From assembly GCA_964519305.1 (NCBI GenBank), contig CAZFHY010000008.1, positions 83,195 through 147,194 on the forward strand: DNA of 64,000 nt, written 5' to 3'. How positions within the stretch are numbered: position 1 is the stretch's first letter; each line of letters begins with the position of its first letter. The position numbers were made by a program, and so were the translations under genes. Below the pieces are notes generated by a model, which saw nothing but the letters and a program-made list of their open reading frames with translations, searched no databases and was not told the origin of the DNA. This DNA is from Candidatus Undinarchaeota archaeon (GTDB lineage Archaea > SpSt-1190 > JASMDC01). Positions 47,954 through 57,456 of the stretch are shown one piece after another.

Positions 47954-48652
47954 ATGTACGAGGACCTTGAAACTGCCGGCCATGACCGGGATTACCCCGA
48001 GCACGGGGAGAACTTCCTTGACAAAGCTATCGATTTCATGGTCCCTGTTTACGATTTCTTCTTCAAGCACGTGCATCGCGAGCACAGGTTCCGTGAGCCG
48101 CTCCTGGAGATGTCCGACCTTCGCGGGGGCGAGACCGTGCTCGACATCGGCTGTGGCACGGGCACCTACGCCATGATGATGGCGGACAGTCTCCCGGACG
48201 GCGAGGTCCACGGTATCGACTACTCCGAAAGGCTGGTCGACCATGCGAAGGGCAAGGCCGGGGAGCAGGGGTACGACATCGAATACCGTGTGGGCCCCAC
48301 GACGGCACTGCCCTATGACGACAACACCTTCGACGTGGTATCGTCGACACTGTTCTTCCCCTACCTCAACGAAGAGGAAACGAAGGGGACGCTGGAAGAG
48401 GTTTACCGCGTCCTGAAGCCGGGCGGTAGGTTCGTCTCGTACGATATGGTAGAGTTCCCCCAGAACAGGTTCTTCGACAACGTACGCAAGCTCATCGGCG
48501 ACGAGCCGGGGCTGCTGGACGGTCTCTACTCACATGACGTGATCGAGGGAGCGGGGTTCACCATCGTCGACGAGCGGGTGGGTCCCAAGTTCAAGGTCTT
48601 CTACGACACGAAGTTCTTCGTGCTCGAGAAACCCGGCGTTCAGGAGCAGTAG
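47954..48652 (+). CDS. Class I SAM-dependent methyltransferase (UbiE-like)
   Basis: VLDIGCGTG, GIDYS, LPYDDNTFDVV, EVYRVLKPGG. Confidence 0.92.
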   Translation: MYEDLETAGHDRDYPEHGENFLDKAIDFMVPVYDFFFKHVHREHRFREPLLEMSDLRGGETVLDIGCGTGTYAMMMADSLPDGEVHGIDYSERLVDHAKGKAGEQGYDIEYRVGPTTALPYDDNTFDVVSSTLFFPYLNEEETKGTLEEVYRVLKPGGRFVSYDMVEFPQNRFFDNVRKLIGDEPGLLDGLYSHDVIEGAGFTIVDERVGPKFKVFYDTKFFVLEKPGVQEQ

Positions 48653-48665
48653 GTCCCTTTTCCCC

Positions 48666-48784
48666 CGCCGAGATCGACAACCTTCCGCTCACACGTTGCC
48701 GAATGTCCGGAAAGATACCTATGGCTTGGACATTGCTGAGAACATGCGTCCAGCGACGCGATCGGGGACCTCGGACCGTTATTT
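48666..48784 (-). repeat. Partial copy D (centre and right arm) of the attC-like element
   Basis: GATCGGGGACCTCGGACCGTTAT is 21/23 identical to 46261-46283; CCTTCCGCTCACACG matches the A/B centre. Confidence 0.75.
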
Positions 48785-49051
48785 GGCCTCTTCCTCGCTC
48801 TCTTTCTTCTCTTCACCTTCGGTTTCAGGTTCCGCTTCGGCCGCTTCAGCCTTCGCCTGTTCTACCTTGAGGTCCTCGAGCTTCTGCTTATCCTTTTCCG
48901 CTTGAGCTTCGAGTTGTTGCTGGTGTTTTGCAGCGAGCACTTCGGTTATCCCGGATCCTGCAGCTTCTCGATTGCATTTCTTACAAAGACCAGCGTAATT
49001 TAGGAAATTGGTTGTGTTGCACGCTTTACATTCGCTGTATTTTTTTGCCAT
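48779..49051 (-). CDS. Small CxxC-CxxC zinc-binding protein with acidic coiled-coil tail
   Basis: CKAC...CKKC, GGTGA RBS, AT-rich. TAA stop lies inside the AAATAAC core of repeat D. Confidence 0.7.
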   Translation of the reverse strand: MAKKYSECKACNTTNFLNYAGLCKKCNREAAGSGITEVLAAKHQQQLEAQAEKDKQKLEDLKVEQAKAEAAEAEPETEGEEKKESEEEAK

Positions 49052-49195
49052 CATAATCACCTTACTTCAAGGTACGTCCACTTCATAGGTACTATTCTTT
49101 CTTATAGGTGACCTCGGTGCCATGGACGGTTCTCGAACGAGAAGACGCCTTCGACCACTTATTAAATACTTTCTTTCGAATCAGGATGGATGCTC

Positions 49196-50173
49196 ATGAA
49201 AGCGATCGTATGCACAGAATACGGATCACCGGACGTTCTTCAGCTCAAAGAGGTGGAGAAACCCACTCCCAATGACAATGAAGTGCTCATCAAGGTATTC
49301 GCGACAACTGTGAACCGGACCGACACACACATGCTCAGGGCGGAACCCTTCTTTGCACGATTGGTCACAGGTATGTTCAGGCCGAAGAAAGAGATACTTG
49401 GTACCGAGTTCGCCGGCGAGATCGAGGCTATTGGCAAGGGCGTGACAAGGTTCGCGGTGGGCGACCGGGTGTTCGGGTTCGAGGACGACGAGTTCGGAAC
49501 CCATGCCCAGTACATGACGATCGCTGCGGACAAGGCGCTCGAGACGATACCCGAGGGTTGTACCTACGAGCAGGCGGCGGCCAGCACCGAGGGCACGTAT
49601 TACGGGTACAATCTCATCAAGAAGATCGGTCTCGGGCCCGGGGATGACGTGTTCGTGAACGGGGCCACCGGGACCATCGGTTCAGCGGTGGTCCAGCTCC
49701 TGAAATATCAGGACGCCACGATCTCGACGACCTGCAGGACCAAGGACCTCGAGATGGTGAGGTCACTGGGGGCCAAGAGGGTGATCGATTACACGAAAGA
49801 GGACTTCACCAAGGATGATGGGGAGTATCGGGCGGTCATAGACGCCGTGGGCAAGAGCACCTTCGGGAAATGCAAGGGATTGCTGGGGCCCGGGGGTGTC
49901 TACATCTCGACCGACCTGGGGCCCTGGGGTCAGAACGCCTTCCTGCCGCTAGTAACGTCGCTGGTCGGGAGCAAGAAGGTCCTCTCACCCATCCCAACGG
50001 ACCTCAAGGGGTGTGTACGCCTCGTAAGAAAGCTCATCGAGGAAGGAAGGTTCACGGCACTCATCGACAAGACATACCCTCTCGAGAAGATCGCCGATGC
50101 CTACCGGTACGTCGAGCTGGGGCAGAAGACGGGGAACGTGGTCATAACCGTAGGGCATGATGACAGAGCGTGA
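49196..50173 (+). CDS. NAD(P)-dependent medium-chain dehydrogenase/reductase (quinone oxidoreductase-like)
   Basis: MKAIVCTEYGSPDVL, GTEFAGEI, NGATGTIGS, VIDYTKEDF, KTGNVVI. Confidence 0.92.
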   Translation: MKAIVCTEYGSPDVLQLKEVEKPTPNDNEVLIKVFATTVNRTDTHMLRAEPFFARLVTGMFRPKKEILGTEFAGEIEAIGKGVTRFAVGDRVFGFEDDEFGTHAQYMTIAADKALETIPEGCTYEQAAASTEGTYYGYNLIKKIGLGPGDDVFVNGATGTIGSAVVQLLKYQDATISTTCRTKDLEMVRSLGAKRVIDYTKEDFTKDDGEYRAVIDAVGKSTFGKCKGLLGPGGVYISTDLGPWGQNAFLPLVTSLVGSKKVLSPIPTDLKGCVRLVRKLIEEGRFTALIDKTYPLEKIADAYRYVELGQKTGNVVITVGHDDRA

Positions 50174-50224
50174 TGGTGTCGCCGATGAGATCCCTATTGA
50201 TACTGTTCTCACGTTATACGGCTA

Positions 50225-52102
50225 TTATCTATCATGAACTAGCCTGAACACCTGACCCGAATGGATGGCGACCACGTTGCCGTCGGGGTTCTCGCTGATG
50301 GCGAAGTTGTCGACAGCACCGCTGTTGTGAGCGAAGATGGACCTTCCAGACCCGTCTAGGGGCCAGAGGTCGTACGTCACGATTGTGCTGACGAGCAGCG
50401 CGTCCTCGTTGGACAGGTACTCGATCTTGGGGACGGTGATCGCCTCGTTCTCCAGCACGGAGGTCGCGAACACGGTCGCTGTCGTGTCACCATTGGCGAT
50501 GCGATGGATGACGTTGGCCTGGCGCTCGAGCACGTAGATGTTCCCCGACACGTCAACGGTGCCGGCGGGAAGGGACGAAGTGACGCGCACGTCGTCGAGC
50601 TCGAGAACCTTCTCCCGTTCATCGGGATCATCTATGGGGATGCGCCAGACCTCGGCGGACGAACGCTCATCATCACCTGTGATGGCCACGAACGCGTCGT
50701 TGAGCGCATCGAACTGGAGGGAGACTATGGGACGGTCTGATACATGGTCGAGCCAAAGGGAAGCGGTACCGTCATCTTCGATGGTCCAGATACTGCCGTC
50801 GGTCATGCCTGCATAGACCGTGCCGTGACCGTCGCGCTCGAGGTGCTGGCAGTTCGTGCGCAGGTCATCGGTGAAGGGAACGAACCCGGACGCGTCCACG
50901 GAGACAACGCGTCCCTCGAAGTAGTGGCCGTCGCACGCCAGCACCTTGCAGTCGACCGTCTCCACGACGGCGATGGCGTTCAGGTAGGGTGTGAGATGTT
51001 CAGCGGTAAGTGCGGATGGATCGTACGCTATTACGTTGGCGCCGACGCCGTTGGCCATCAGGAACGCGTCGTGGACCGGTGACCAGAGCAACGCTCCCGC
51101 ACCGGCGATGGAGTCCATGACCTTCTCAAAGGACCCTTCCTCGTACCTGAAAAGACCATGGGCGTTGGGGAATGAATGGAGGACACCGTCACCGTCGAGG
51201 CTGAGCCCGATGGGCTCGTAAGTACCGGGGATGCCGACACCTTCGACGAGCACTTCCCGGGTGCCGTCGGAGAGGTCGACCGCTGTTATGCGGCCAGGGA
51301 ACGTCTCCGAGTAATAGAGCATATCGTTCGCCGCATCGAGCACGAGCTGGGAGCACCCCTCCGTCCCCTCGACGATGGTCGCGATGGGATCACCGTCGGC
51401 ATCGAAATGAACGAGGGATCCTCCGGGCGCGCCGGAGCAGCCGTAGAAAGAGTCGTCTTCGGTATCAACGGCCAGTGCGTTGGCCATGACGCCCCACATC
51501 TGGAGCGTGGAGAGCTCACCGTCGGAAAGCGCGTACAGCCCCGTCATCATTGTGGTCATGATCAGCCGGTCGGAGCCGGGCTGGTACGCCAAGGTGAAGA
51601 CCTCGGCCAGCCCGCTCACGTCCGCGAAGGTCGATAGCTCACCGCCCGGCCCCATCTTCAGTATCTTCCCGTTCCCGCGGGAGACGACCAGAACGTTGCC
51701 CTCGCCATCGAGGGCCAGCTTGGAGGGATAGGTGATGGGATGGTCGTAGATGACCTCCTGGCCCCAACCTTCCGGCAGTCCCTGGACCGCGGTGACCGGG
51801 GGGAGGGGTGTGGGCGTCGGTACCGGAGTAGGCTCCGGTGTAGGGATCGGTGTGGCCACAGGCGTCGGTACGGGTGAAGGACGTCGGGTAGGTGCGATCG
51901 TCGGTGTGGGTGTAGGGACCGCAGTGGGTTCCGATGTCGGTGCGGGAGTGGTAGCAGGTGTCGTTACCGGTCCGGGCGTTGACGTAGGGGCCGGGGATGG
52001 AGCGGGGGTCGCGGCGACCCCGGTGGGCGAGGTCGGTCCCGTGCCATCGGAACCGCCCGTGCAACCACTTGTGATAAGGAGACAGAGGATGAGCGATGAC
52101 AT
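50225..52102 (-). CDS. Secreted lipoprotein with Pro/Thr-rich linker and beta-propeller repeats
   Basis: LLITSGC lipobox-like motif, PT-rich stalk, repeated LALDxxGNxY blades. Start could be upstream (to 52165). Confidence 0.8.
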   Translation of the reverse strand: MSSLILCLLITSGCTGGSDGTGPTSPTGVAATPAPSPAPTSTPGPVTTPATTPAPTSEPTAVPTPTPTIAPTRRPSPVPTPVATPIPTPEPTPVPTPTPLPPVTAVQGLPEGWGQEVIYDHPITYPSKLALDGEGNVLVVSRGNGKILKMGPGGELSTFADVSGLAEVFTLAYQPGSDRLIMTTMMTGLYALSDGELSTLQMWGVMANALAVDTEDDSFYGCSGAPGGSLVHFDADGDPIATIVEGTEGCSQLVLDAANDMLYYSETFPGRITAVDLSDGTREVLVEGVGIPGTYEPIGLSLDGDGVLHSFPNAHGLFRYEEGSFEKVMDSIAGAGALLWSPVHDAFLMANGVGANVIAYDPSALTAEHLTPYLNAIAVVETVDCKVLACDGHYFEGRVVSVDASGFVPFTDDLRTNCQHLERDGHGTVYAGMTDGSIWTIEDDGTASLWLDHVSDRPIVSLQFDALNDAFVAITGDDERSSAEVWRIPIDDPDEREKVLELDDVRVTSSLPAGTVDVSGNIYVLERQANVIHRIANGDTTATVFATSVLENEAITVPKIEYLSNEDALLVSTIVTYDLWPLDGSGRSIFAHNSGAVDNFAISENPDGNVVAIHSGQVFRLVHDR

Positions 52103-52321
52103 CAATACGAGGTCCCTGGCTTGGTTTGTTCTCACGACATATCCCTCATTTCGGAGGACATGCAACGCTTATTAAGAGGATGCTATCCTTTCCGGATTTC
52201 ACCGATAATCCTTCTGATACCCGGAAATTCCGGCGCACAAGGTGAAAAATTAATAAATAGAACCCATAATCTCCAGACTGTACGATCCTACGGGAGACAT
52301 ACATGATCAGAAGGTGAACAC

Positions 52322-52522
52322 ATGAAAGGAACTATCAAGAAGTTGGTCGGCGATCGGGGCTTCGGCTTCATTGTCACGGAAGAGGGCGACGAAATCTTCT
52401 TCCACCGCTCAGGCCTCAAAGAGGTCGAGTTCGAGACGCTGAAAGAAGGCGCTGCAGTGGAGTTCGATCGCGAACAGAGCGAGAAGGGACCCCGCGCTGC
52501 GAACGTCACGCTTTCCGCCTAG
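52322..52522 (+). CDS. Cold-shock domain protein, copy 1
   Basis: MKGTIK, RGFGFI (RNP1), IFFHRS (RNP2), KGPRAANV. Confidence 0.95.
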   Translation: MKGTIKKLVGDRGFGFIVTEEGDEIFFHRSGLKEVEFETLKEGAAVEFDREQSEKGPRAANVTLSA

Positions 52523-52668
52523 GAAAAAAACAACGGATTCCTCCGGGATTTGCCGTTAAATCGGCTCCCGGAGGTCTCCTCGCACTAGATGGTAAATTAA
52601 TAAAGTAAACTATTGAACCGCTGACCGTACTATCCTTCGGGAGACATACATGATCAGAAGGTGAACAC

Positions 52669-52869
52669 ATGAAAGGAACTATCAAGAAATTGGTCGGTGA
52701 TCGGGGCTTCGGCTTCATTGTCACGGAAGAGGGCGACGAGATCTTCTTCCACCGCTCGGGCCTCAAAGAGGTCGAGTTCGAGACCCTCAAAGAGGGCGCT
52801 GCAGTGGAGTTCGACAGAGAGCAGGGACCCAAGGGCCCCCGCGCTGCGAACGTCACGGTCCCCGCCTAG
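52669..52869 (+). CDS. Cold-shock domain protein, copy 2
   Basis: 62/66 aa identical to copy 1; the duplicated leader gives a 347-bp period. Confidence 0.95.
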   Translation: MKGTIKKLVGDRGFGFIVTEEGDEIFFHRSGLKEVEFETLKEGAAVEFDREQGPKGPRAANVTVPA

Positions 52870-52887
52870 ACCAATTATTACTGGATA

Positions 52888-52923
52888 CTCCAGGAGCACC
52901 CCTTCGGGGACATGCTCCTGGGG
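52888..52923 (+). terminator. Stable 3' hairpin with cUUCGg loop
   Basis: CTCCAGGAGCA-CCCC-TTCG-GGGA-CA-TGCTCCTGGGG. Confidence 0.55.
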
Positions 52924-53111
52924 CTCCATAATTTGTACGCACGTGAGGGCCGGGGACCCTTCGCGATGACTATTATCGTTAATCAGAACATCGTCTGTAC
53001 AACGATACGCTCCTTCCATATGAACGGGGCCGCTTGTAGCCTTTTCCACCATGTCGGAAGGCGGGCGCACGGGGAAAGGATAAATACCGGAGGTAGTGCA
53101 TCTGCGCGACA

Positions 53112-54035
53112 GTGACGGAGTACGAGTTGGACCTCGAATCCCACGGGTACGGTAGTGCATGTAACGCTGACAGCTATGCGACCGCGGGAGACCTCAACGG
53201 GCGAGGTGCGGCCATGGCCGGTGTGCTGACCGCAGTGGTCCTTGGAGCGCTCGCCGGGTGCTCCCCGAAGGTGTACACGAAGCCCGAGGAGGACGGGGTG
53301 ATCGATGCGTACGATCCAGCGGAGGTGCCGGCACTGAAAGAAGCGCTGGAGGACCGGAAACTGGCACTGGCGCTCATAACGACACATGATTACAATAATG
53401 CCACTGAGGGTATGGAAGGGATGTTCGCGGCCGACTTCGAGGACATCCCCGGGTACGTGCTCCGCACGGGACGTCCCGAGGACATCGAGGCCATTCTCAA
53501 CCACGTCCGCGACTATGCCGCCGTAAAGAAGATCGACGCGCTCATCCTCGCCTACCACGGCAGCTCGTCGTCCATGACCGTGAACGGGATGGACTCTCTT
53601 AACGAGTGGAACGTAGACGAGATCTTCGCTGGTTACGAGGACTGCTTCACGCCGGACGCGCGCATCATCCTCTACTCATGCTCGGTAGGTGCCGGTAAGG
53701 AGAACGTCACGACCGCCATCTCACAGGCTCTCGACCGCGATGTGATAGGCCCGAGAGCCGACCTTATCCCCGAGACCGAGCTCGCTGCGAGCGCACGCAT
53801 CGGCGAGTTCGATGTCGACGATGATGGACGGCTGACCTTCGATCCGGACAACTACGTGAGGTTCGACAAGCTCAGGTTCAGGGGTTCGACGTACTACGAT
53901 GCCGTGGCACCGCGGTCGTACGAGGGGGTCGGCAACAACGTGGTCGACGCCGACGGACCTCACGGCGAGTCACTCTTCTTGTTCGTTGACATCGATCCTG
54001 CGGCAAAGGACGCACCGACCGATAGCGGAAAATGA
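53112..54035 (+). CDS. Putative lipoprotein with caspase-hemoglobinase-like (DUF4347-type) domain
   Basis: LGALAGC lipobox; ILAYHG and IILYSCSVG His/Cys motifs. Confidence 0.65.
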   Translation: MTEYELDLESHGYGSACNADSYATAGDLNGRGAAMAGVLTAVVLGALAGCSPKVYTKPEEDGVIDAYDPAEVPALKEALEDRKLALALITTHDYNNATEGMEGMFAADFEDIPGYVLRTGRPEDIEAILNHVRDYAAVKKIDALILAYHGSSSSMTVNGMDSLNEWNVDEIFAGYEDCFTPDARIILYSCSVGAGKENVTTAISQALDRDVIGPRADLIPETELAASARIGEFDVDDDGRLTFDPDNYVRFDKLRFRGSTYYDAVAPRSYEGVGNNVVDADGPHGESLFLFVDIDPAAKDAPTDSGK

Positions 54036-54095
54036 GCGGGCCGCCCGCGAATTGACGGGCATATCCATTTTAAACATAGTTCGTAACCCGCGTAT

Positions 54096-54791
54096 ATGGG
54101 GGATGTGGACCCGGATGTGATATCCATTCTCACTTTCGTGAGAGAGAACCACGAGATCGCACCCACATCGGACACAGAGTTCCATTATCCGGAGATCGAA
54201 GCGTTGCTCGGTACGACCGCTGACCGGGTGAAAGAGCTCCTGGCAGAGATGGAGAGCAAGGACCTCCTGAGGCATCTTGAGGAGTCCACGTCGGTCGGTT
54301 GTCCGAACTGCAGGTCGCTCTCTATTGGCAGGAATAACATATGCCCCGTATGTTCGAGCGACCAGGTCGCAGTCCAGAACGAGACGACGGGAATGATGGG
54401 ATGCAGTTCCTGCCAGAACGTCTTCTACTTCCCGGCCACGAACCTCAAATGCGAAAGTTGCGAGACGGTCCTTCCCGAGATCGGTCTCGGCATGATCACT
54501 GCGAACAGCTACGGCATGACCAGCAAGGGGCTCGGGCTCCTATCCGAGAGAAAACAGGAGGGTCAGGAGGACGTGGTCAAGCGAATGATGGCCTCCATCT
54601 TCCTCGCGCTCATTCTTACGTTCACGTTCGCCGTTTACCTCATCTACAAGACGAAGGGGCTCACTGACATATTGATGTTCGTTCTGTACGGGTTGGTCAT
54701 CCTCTCCTACATGAGCACCTCGTACTACATCGGCAAGAGCGGCGTGTACAACGCGGGGGGGGCCTCCCAGCCGTTACAGGGGATCCCCTGA
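54096..54791 (+). CDS. TackOD1-like wHTH/Zn-ribbon protein with two C-terminal TMs
   Basis: FHYPEIE...LLAEMESKDLL followed by CPNC, CPVC, CSSC, CESC. Confidence 0.7.
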   Translation: MGDVDPDVISILTFVRENHEIAPTSDTEFHYPEIEALLGTTADRVKELLAEMESKDLLRHLEESTSVGCPNCRSLSIGRNNICPVCSSDQVAVQNETTGMMGCSSCQNVFYFPATNLKCESCETVLPEIGLGMITANSYGMTSKGLGLLSERKQEGQEDVVKRMMASIFLALILTFTFAVYLIYKTKGLTDILMFVLYGLVILSYMSTSYYIGKSGVYNAGGASQPLQGIP

Positions 54792-54803
54792 AGGAGTGAT
54801 ATC

Positions 54804-55499
54804 ATGGCTATCGAAAGGTTGACGTCCGGTGTTCCCGGCCTTGACAAGATGATCGAGGGCGGGTTCGTTAAGGGTTCGAGCGTGCTGCTCTCTGGTACAC
54901 CGGGTGCCGGCAAGACGACGCTCGCCATGCAGTTCCTGATCGATGGTGCGTTGAACGCGGGAGAGCCCAGCATGTTCATCAGCTTCGAGGAGGGGCTCGA
55001 GCTCATACGAGAGAACTTCACACGGTTCGGATGGATCATCGAGGACCTGGAACGTAAGGGCAAGCTCGTCCTCGTGCAGAAGGATTCGACGCTAGTTAAG
55101 GCGCTCCTGGACAACGACCTCGGCCAGCTGCAGGAGATACTGGAGAGGGTTGGAGCGAAACGCGTTGTCATCGACTCCGTTAGCGTGATGAACGAGAAAT
55201 CGGACAAGGTCACCCGGCAAACGCTCTCCCGGCTCGTGGACTTCCTGCGGGCGAAGGGATGCACGACCCTGTTCATCCATGAGCGTAGTGTCGCGGCGGT
55301 CGACGAGCTCAAGTACGAGTCGGTCGACTTCCTTTTCGACGGGATCATACTCCTTGCCAGGATGCGGACGGGTAACTCCTTCCGCCAGATATTGCGAGTA
55401 CCGAAGATGCGCTACACGAAGATAATGCCCAAGATAGTACCTGTGCAGATATCTGACAAGGGCGTTGCCGTGTACCCGGAGATGTCCGTCTTCGAATAG
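54804..55499 (+). CDS. Single-domain KaiC/RAD55-like ATPase
   Basis: SGVPGLDKMIEGG, GTPGAGKT, SFEE, VIDS, DGIILL, KMR. Confidence 0.93.
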   Translation: MAIERLTSGVPGLDKMIEGGFVKGSSVLLSGTPGAGKTTLAMQFLIDGALNAGEPSMFISFEEGLELIRENFTRFGWIIEDLERKGKLVLVQKDSTLVKALLDNDLGQLQEILERVGAKRVVIDSVSVMNEKSDKVTRQTLSRLVDFLRAKGCTTLFIHERSVAAVDELKYESVDFLFDGIILLARMRTGNSFRQILRVPKMRYTKIMPKIVPVQISDKGVAVYPEMSVFE

Positions 55500-55500
55500 A

Positions 55501-57456
55501 TTGGAAAACCAAGAGGTGTCCGCTATCGCGGGGAAGGATCGGACCACACTGGAGAAGGCACAGGCAGAGCTGCGCAAGAGCGAGGAGCGCACCCGGTCCA
55601 TCCTCGACGCTATACCCGACCTGATGTTCCAGATAAGCAAGGACGGCGTGTTCCTGAGCTACAAGGGTGGTGTGGACGAGCTGTACGCTCCTCCAAATCA
55701 GTTCCTGGGGAAGAAGGTCCAGGACGTACTTCCCGGGGAGCTCGCCGAACTGACGATGAAGCACGTGAAAGCCGCTCTCGGCGATGGGACGCAGACGTAC
55801 GAGTACGAGCTCAAGATCAACGATGAGACACGCTGCTTCGAGTCGCGGATGGTCAGGAGCGGGACGGACGAGGTCGTTGCCGTAGTGCGCGACATCACCG
55901 AGAGAAAGAGGAACGAGCGTGAGATAAAGGGCTCTGAGGAACGGCTCAAGCTCATCTTCGAACACGCTCCAGACGGTTACTTCGTCAGCGACTTCAAGGG
56001 GTACTTCCTCGACGGGAACAGGGCCACCGAGGTGATCACCGGCTACAAGCGTGATGACATAATCGGTACCAACTTCCTCCGCAACTGTCCCATCGTACCC
56101 ATCGACCAGATACCAAAGGTGGCCAAGATCCTTGCCAAGAACATCAAGGAGAAGGCTACTGGACCCGACGAGCTGGTGATCGTGCGCAAGGACGGTGTCA
56201 AGCGGATCGTCGAAGTGAAGACGTTCGTTGTGAAGATCAAGGGCTCTCCCCGGGTGCTCGGTATAGTCAGGGATATCCATGAGCGCAAGGAGGCCGAGGC
56301 CAAGGCAAGAGAGTTCCAGGAACAGCTCACGTCCATATTCGAGACAGTACGGGACGGTCTGGCTCTCATCGACCTCTCCGGCACCATCCTCCGTGTCAAC
56401 AAGGCGTTCGCCACCATGTCGGACTACGAGGAGGACGAGCTTGTCGGTAAACAGATCCACAAGCTGGAGATGTTATCGAGTGCCGGGAGAGCGCAGCTCA
56501 TGACCGGGTACGCCAAGATGCGGCTGGGCCGACGGACCCCGGCGTTCGAGCTCGAGGCGAACAGGAAGGGCGGCGAGCGGTTCTACCTCGAGATATCGGC
56601 CGATCCGATCAAGAAGGAGGGGACGGTCGCTGGGATGGCTGTGTCGCTCAAGGACATTACCGAGCACAAACGCATGGAGGGAGAGCTGCGCGAGCACGCC
56701 AAGAACCTCGAGGGAGAGGTAAGGGCAAGAACGAACGAGATGATACAGTCGGAGAAGATGGCCTCGATAGGTCTCCTCGTCGCAGGGGTCGCCCACGAAG
56801 TGAACAATCCACTGGCCTTCATCAAGTCCAACTCCGAGGATATCCAAGAGGACATCACCGAGGTCCTGGATGGGATAGGGAAGGGGAATAAGATTGAGAC
56901 GGATCTCCTTGACGAGGTCGATGCGCTGATCGAGACCAACCTCAAGGGCATCGACAGGATAGCCGAGATCACGAGGACGCTGAAGCGGTTCGCGCGTCCG
57001 GAGACGACGGATATGGTACCGTCGGACATCAACCAGGGTATACAGGATACCCTCGTCATGGTCCACAACAAGATCAAGTACAGGGTCGACGTCCACGAGG
57101 ACTATGGCGATGTCCCAGTAGTGCTAGGTCACATCGGCCAGCTTAACCAGGTATTCATGAACATCATACTCAATGCATCACAGGCAATGGATAAAGGGAA
57201 CATCTGGGTGCGGACACTGGAAAAGGGCGATAAAGTGCTCGTTGAGATCCGCGACGATGGGAAGGGCATCCCGGAAGAGGACCTTGTCCGCATATTCGAT
57301 CCCTTCTTCACGACGAAGGAGAAGGGGACCGGGCTCGGGCTCAGTGCATGCTACAGGATAGTGCAGGAACATAAAGGCTCCATCGATGTAAGGAGCAAGG
57401 TGGGAAAGGGAACCACCTTCACGATAATCATACCGGCAGGTGTAAAGAATGGATGA
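55501..57456 (+). CDS. Triple-PAS sensor histidine kinase
   Basis: Three PAS/PAC units, AGVAHEVNNPL H-box, NQVFMNIILNA, DDGKG, FFTTK, GTGLGL. Start TTG 55501 or GTG 55516. Confidence 0.94.
   Translation: MENQEVSAIAGKDRTTLEKAQAELRKSEERTRSILDAIPDLMFQISKDGVFLSYKGGVDELYAPPNQFLGKKVQDVLPGELAELTMKHVKAALGDGTQTYEYELKINDETRCFESRMVRSGTDEVVAVVRDITERKRNEREIKGSEERLKLIFEHAPDGYFVSDFKGYFLDGNRATEVITGYKRDDIIGTNFLRNCPIVPIDQIPKVAKILAKNIKEKATGPDELVIVRKDGVKRIVEVKTFVVKIKGSPRVLGIVRDIHERKEAEAKAREFQEQLTSIFETVRDGLALIDLSGTILRVNKAFATMSDYEEDELVGKQIHKLEMLSSAGRAQLMTGYAKMRLGRRTPAFELEANRKGGERFYLEISADPIKKEGTVAGMAVSLKDITEHKRMEGELREHAKNLEGEVRARTNEMIQSEKMASIGLLVAGVAHEVNNPLAFIKSNSEDIQEDITEVLDGIGKGNKIETDLLDEVDALIETNLKGIDRIAEITRTLKRFARPETTDMVPSDINQGIQDTLVMVHNKIKYRVDVHEDYGDVPVVLGHIGQLNQVFMNIILNASQAMDKGNIWVRTLEKGDKVLVEIRDDGKGIPEEDLVRIFDPFFTTKEKGTGLGLSACYRIVQEHKGSIDVRSKVGKGTTFTIIIPAGVKNG

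Noticed and set aside
50168-50219. Further attC-like site (minus-strand GTATAAC just after the 50225 stop)
   Set aside because: The partner end lacks GTT, there is no homology to element A, and no matching core lies upstream of the gene.
45078-50220. Classical tRNA-integrated island with attL/attR
   Set aside because: No duplicate of the tRNA-Cys 3' end and no integrase found by eye in the window.
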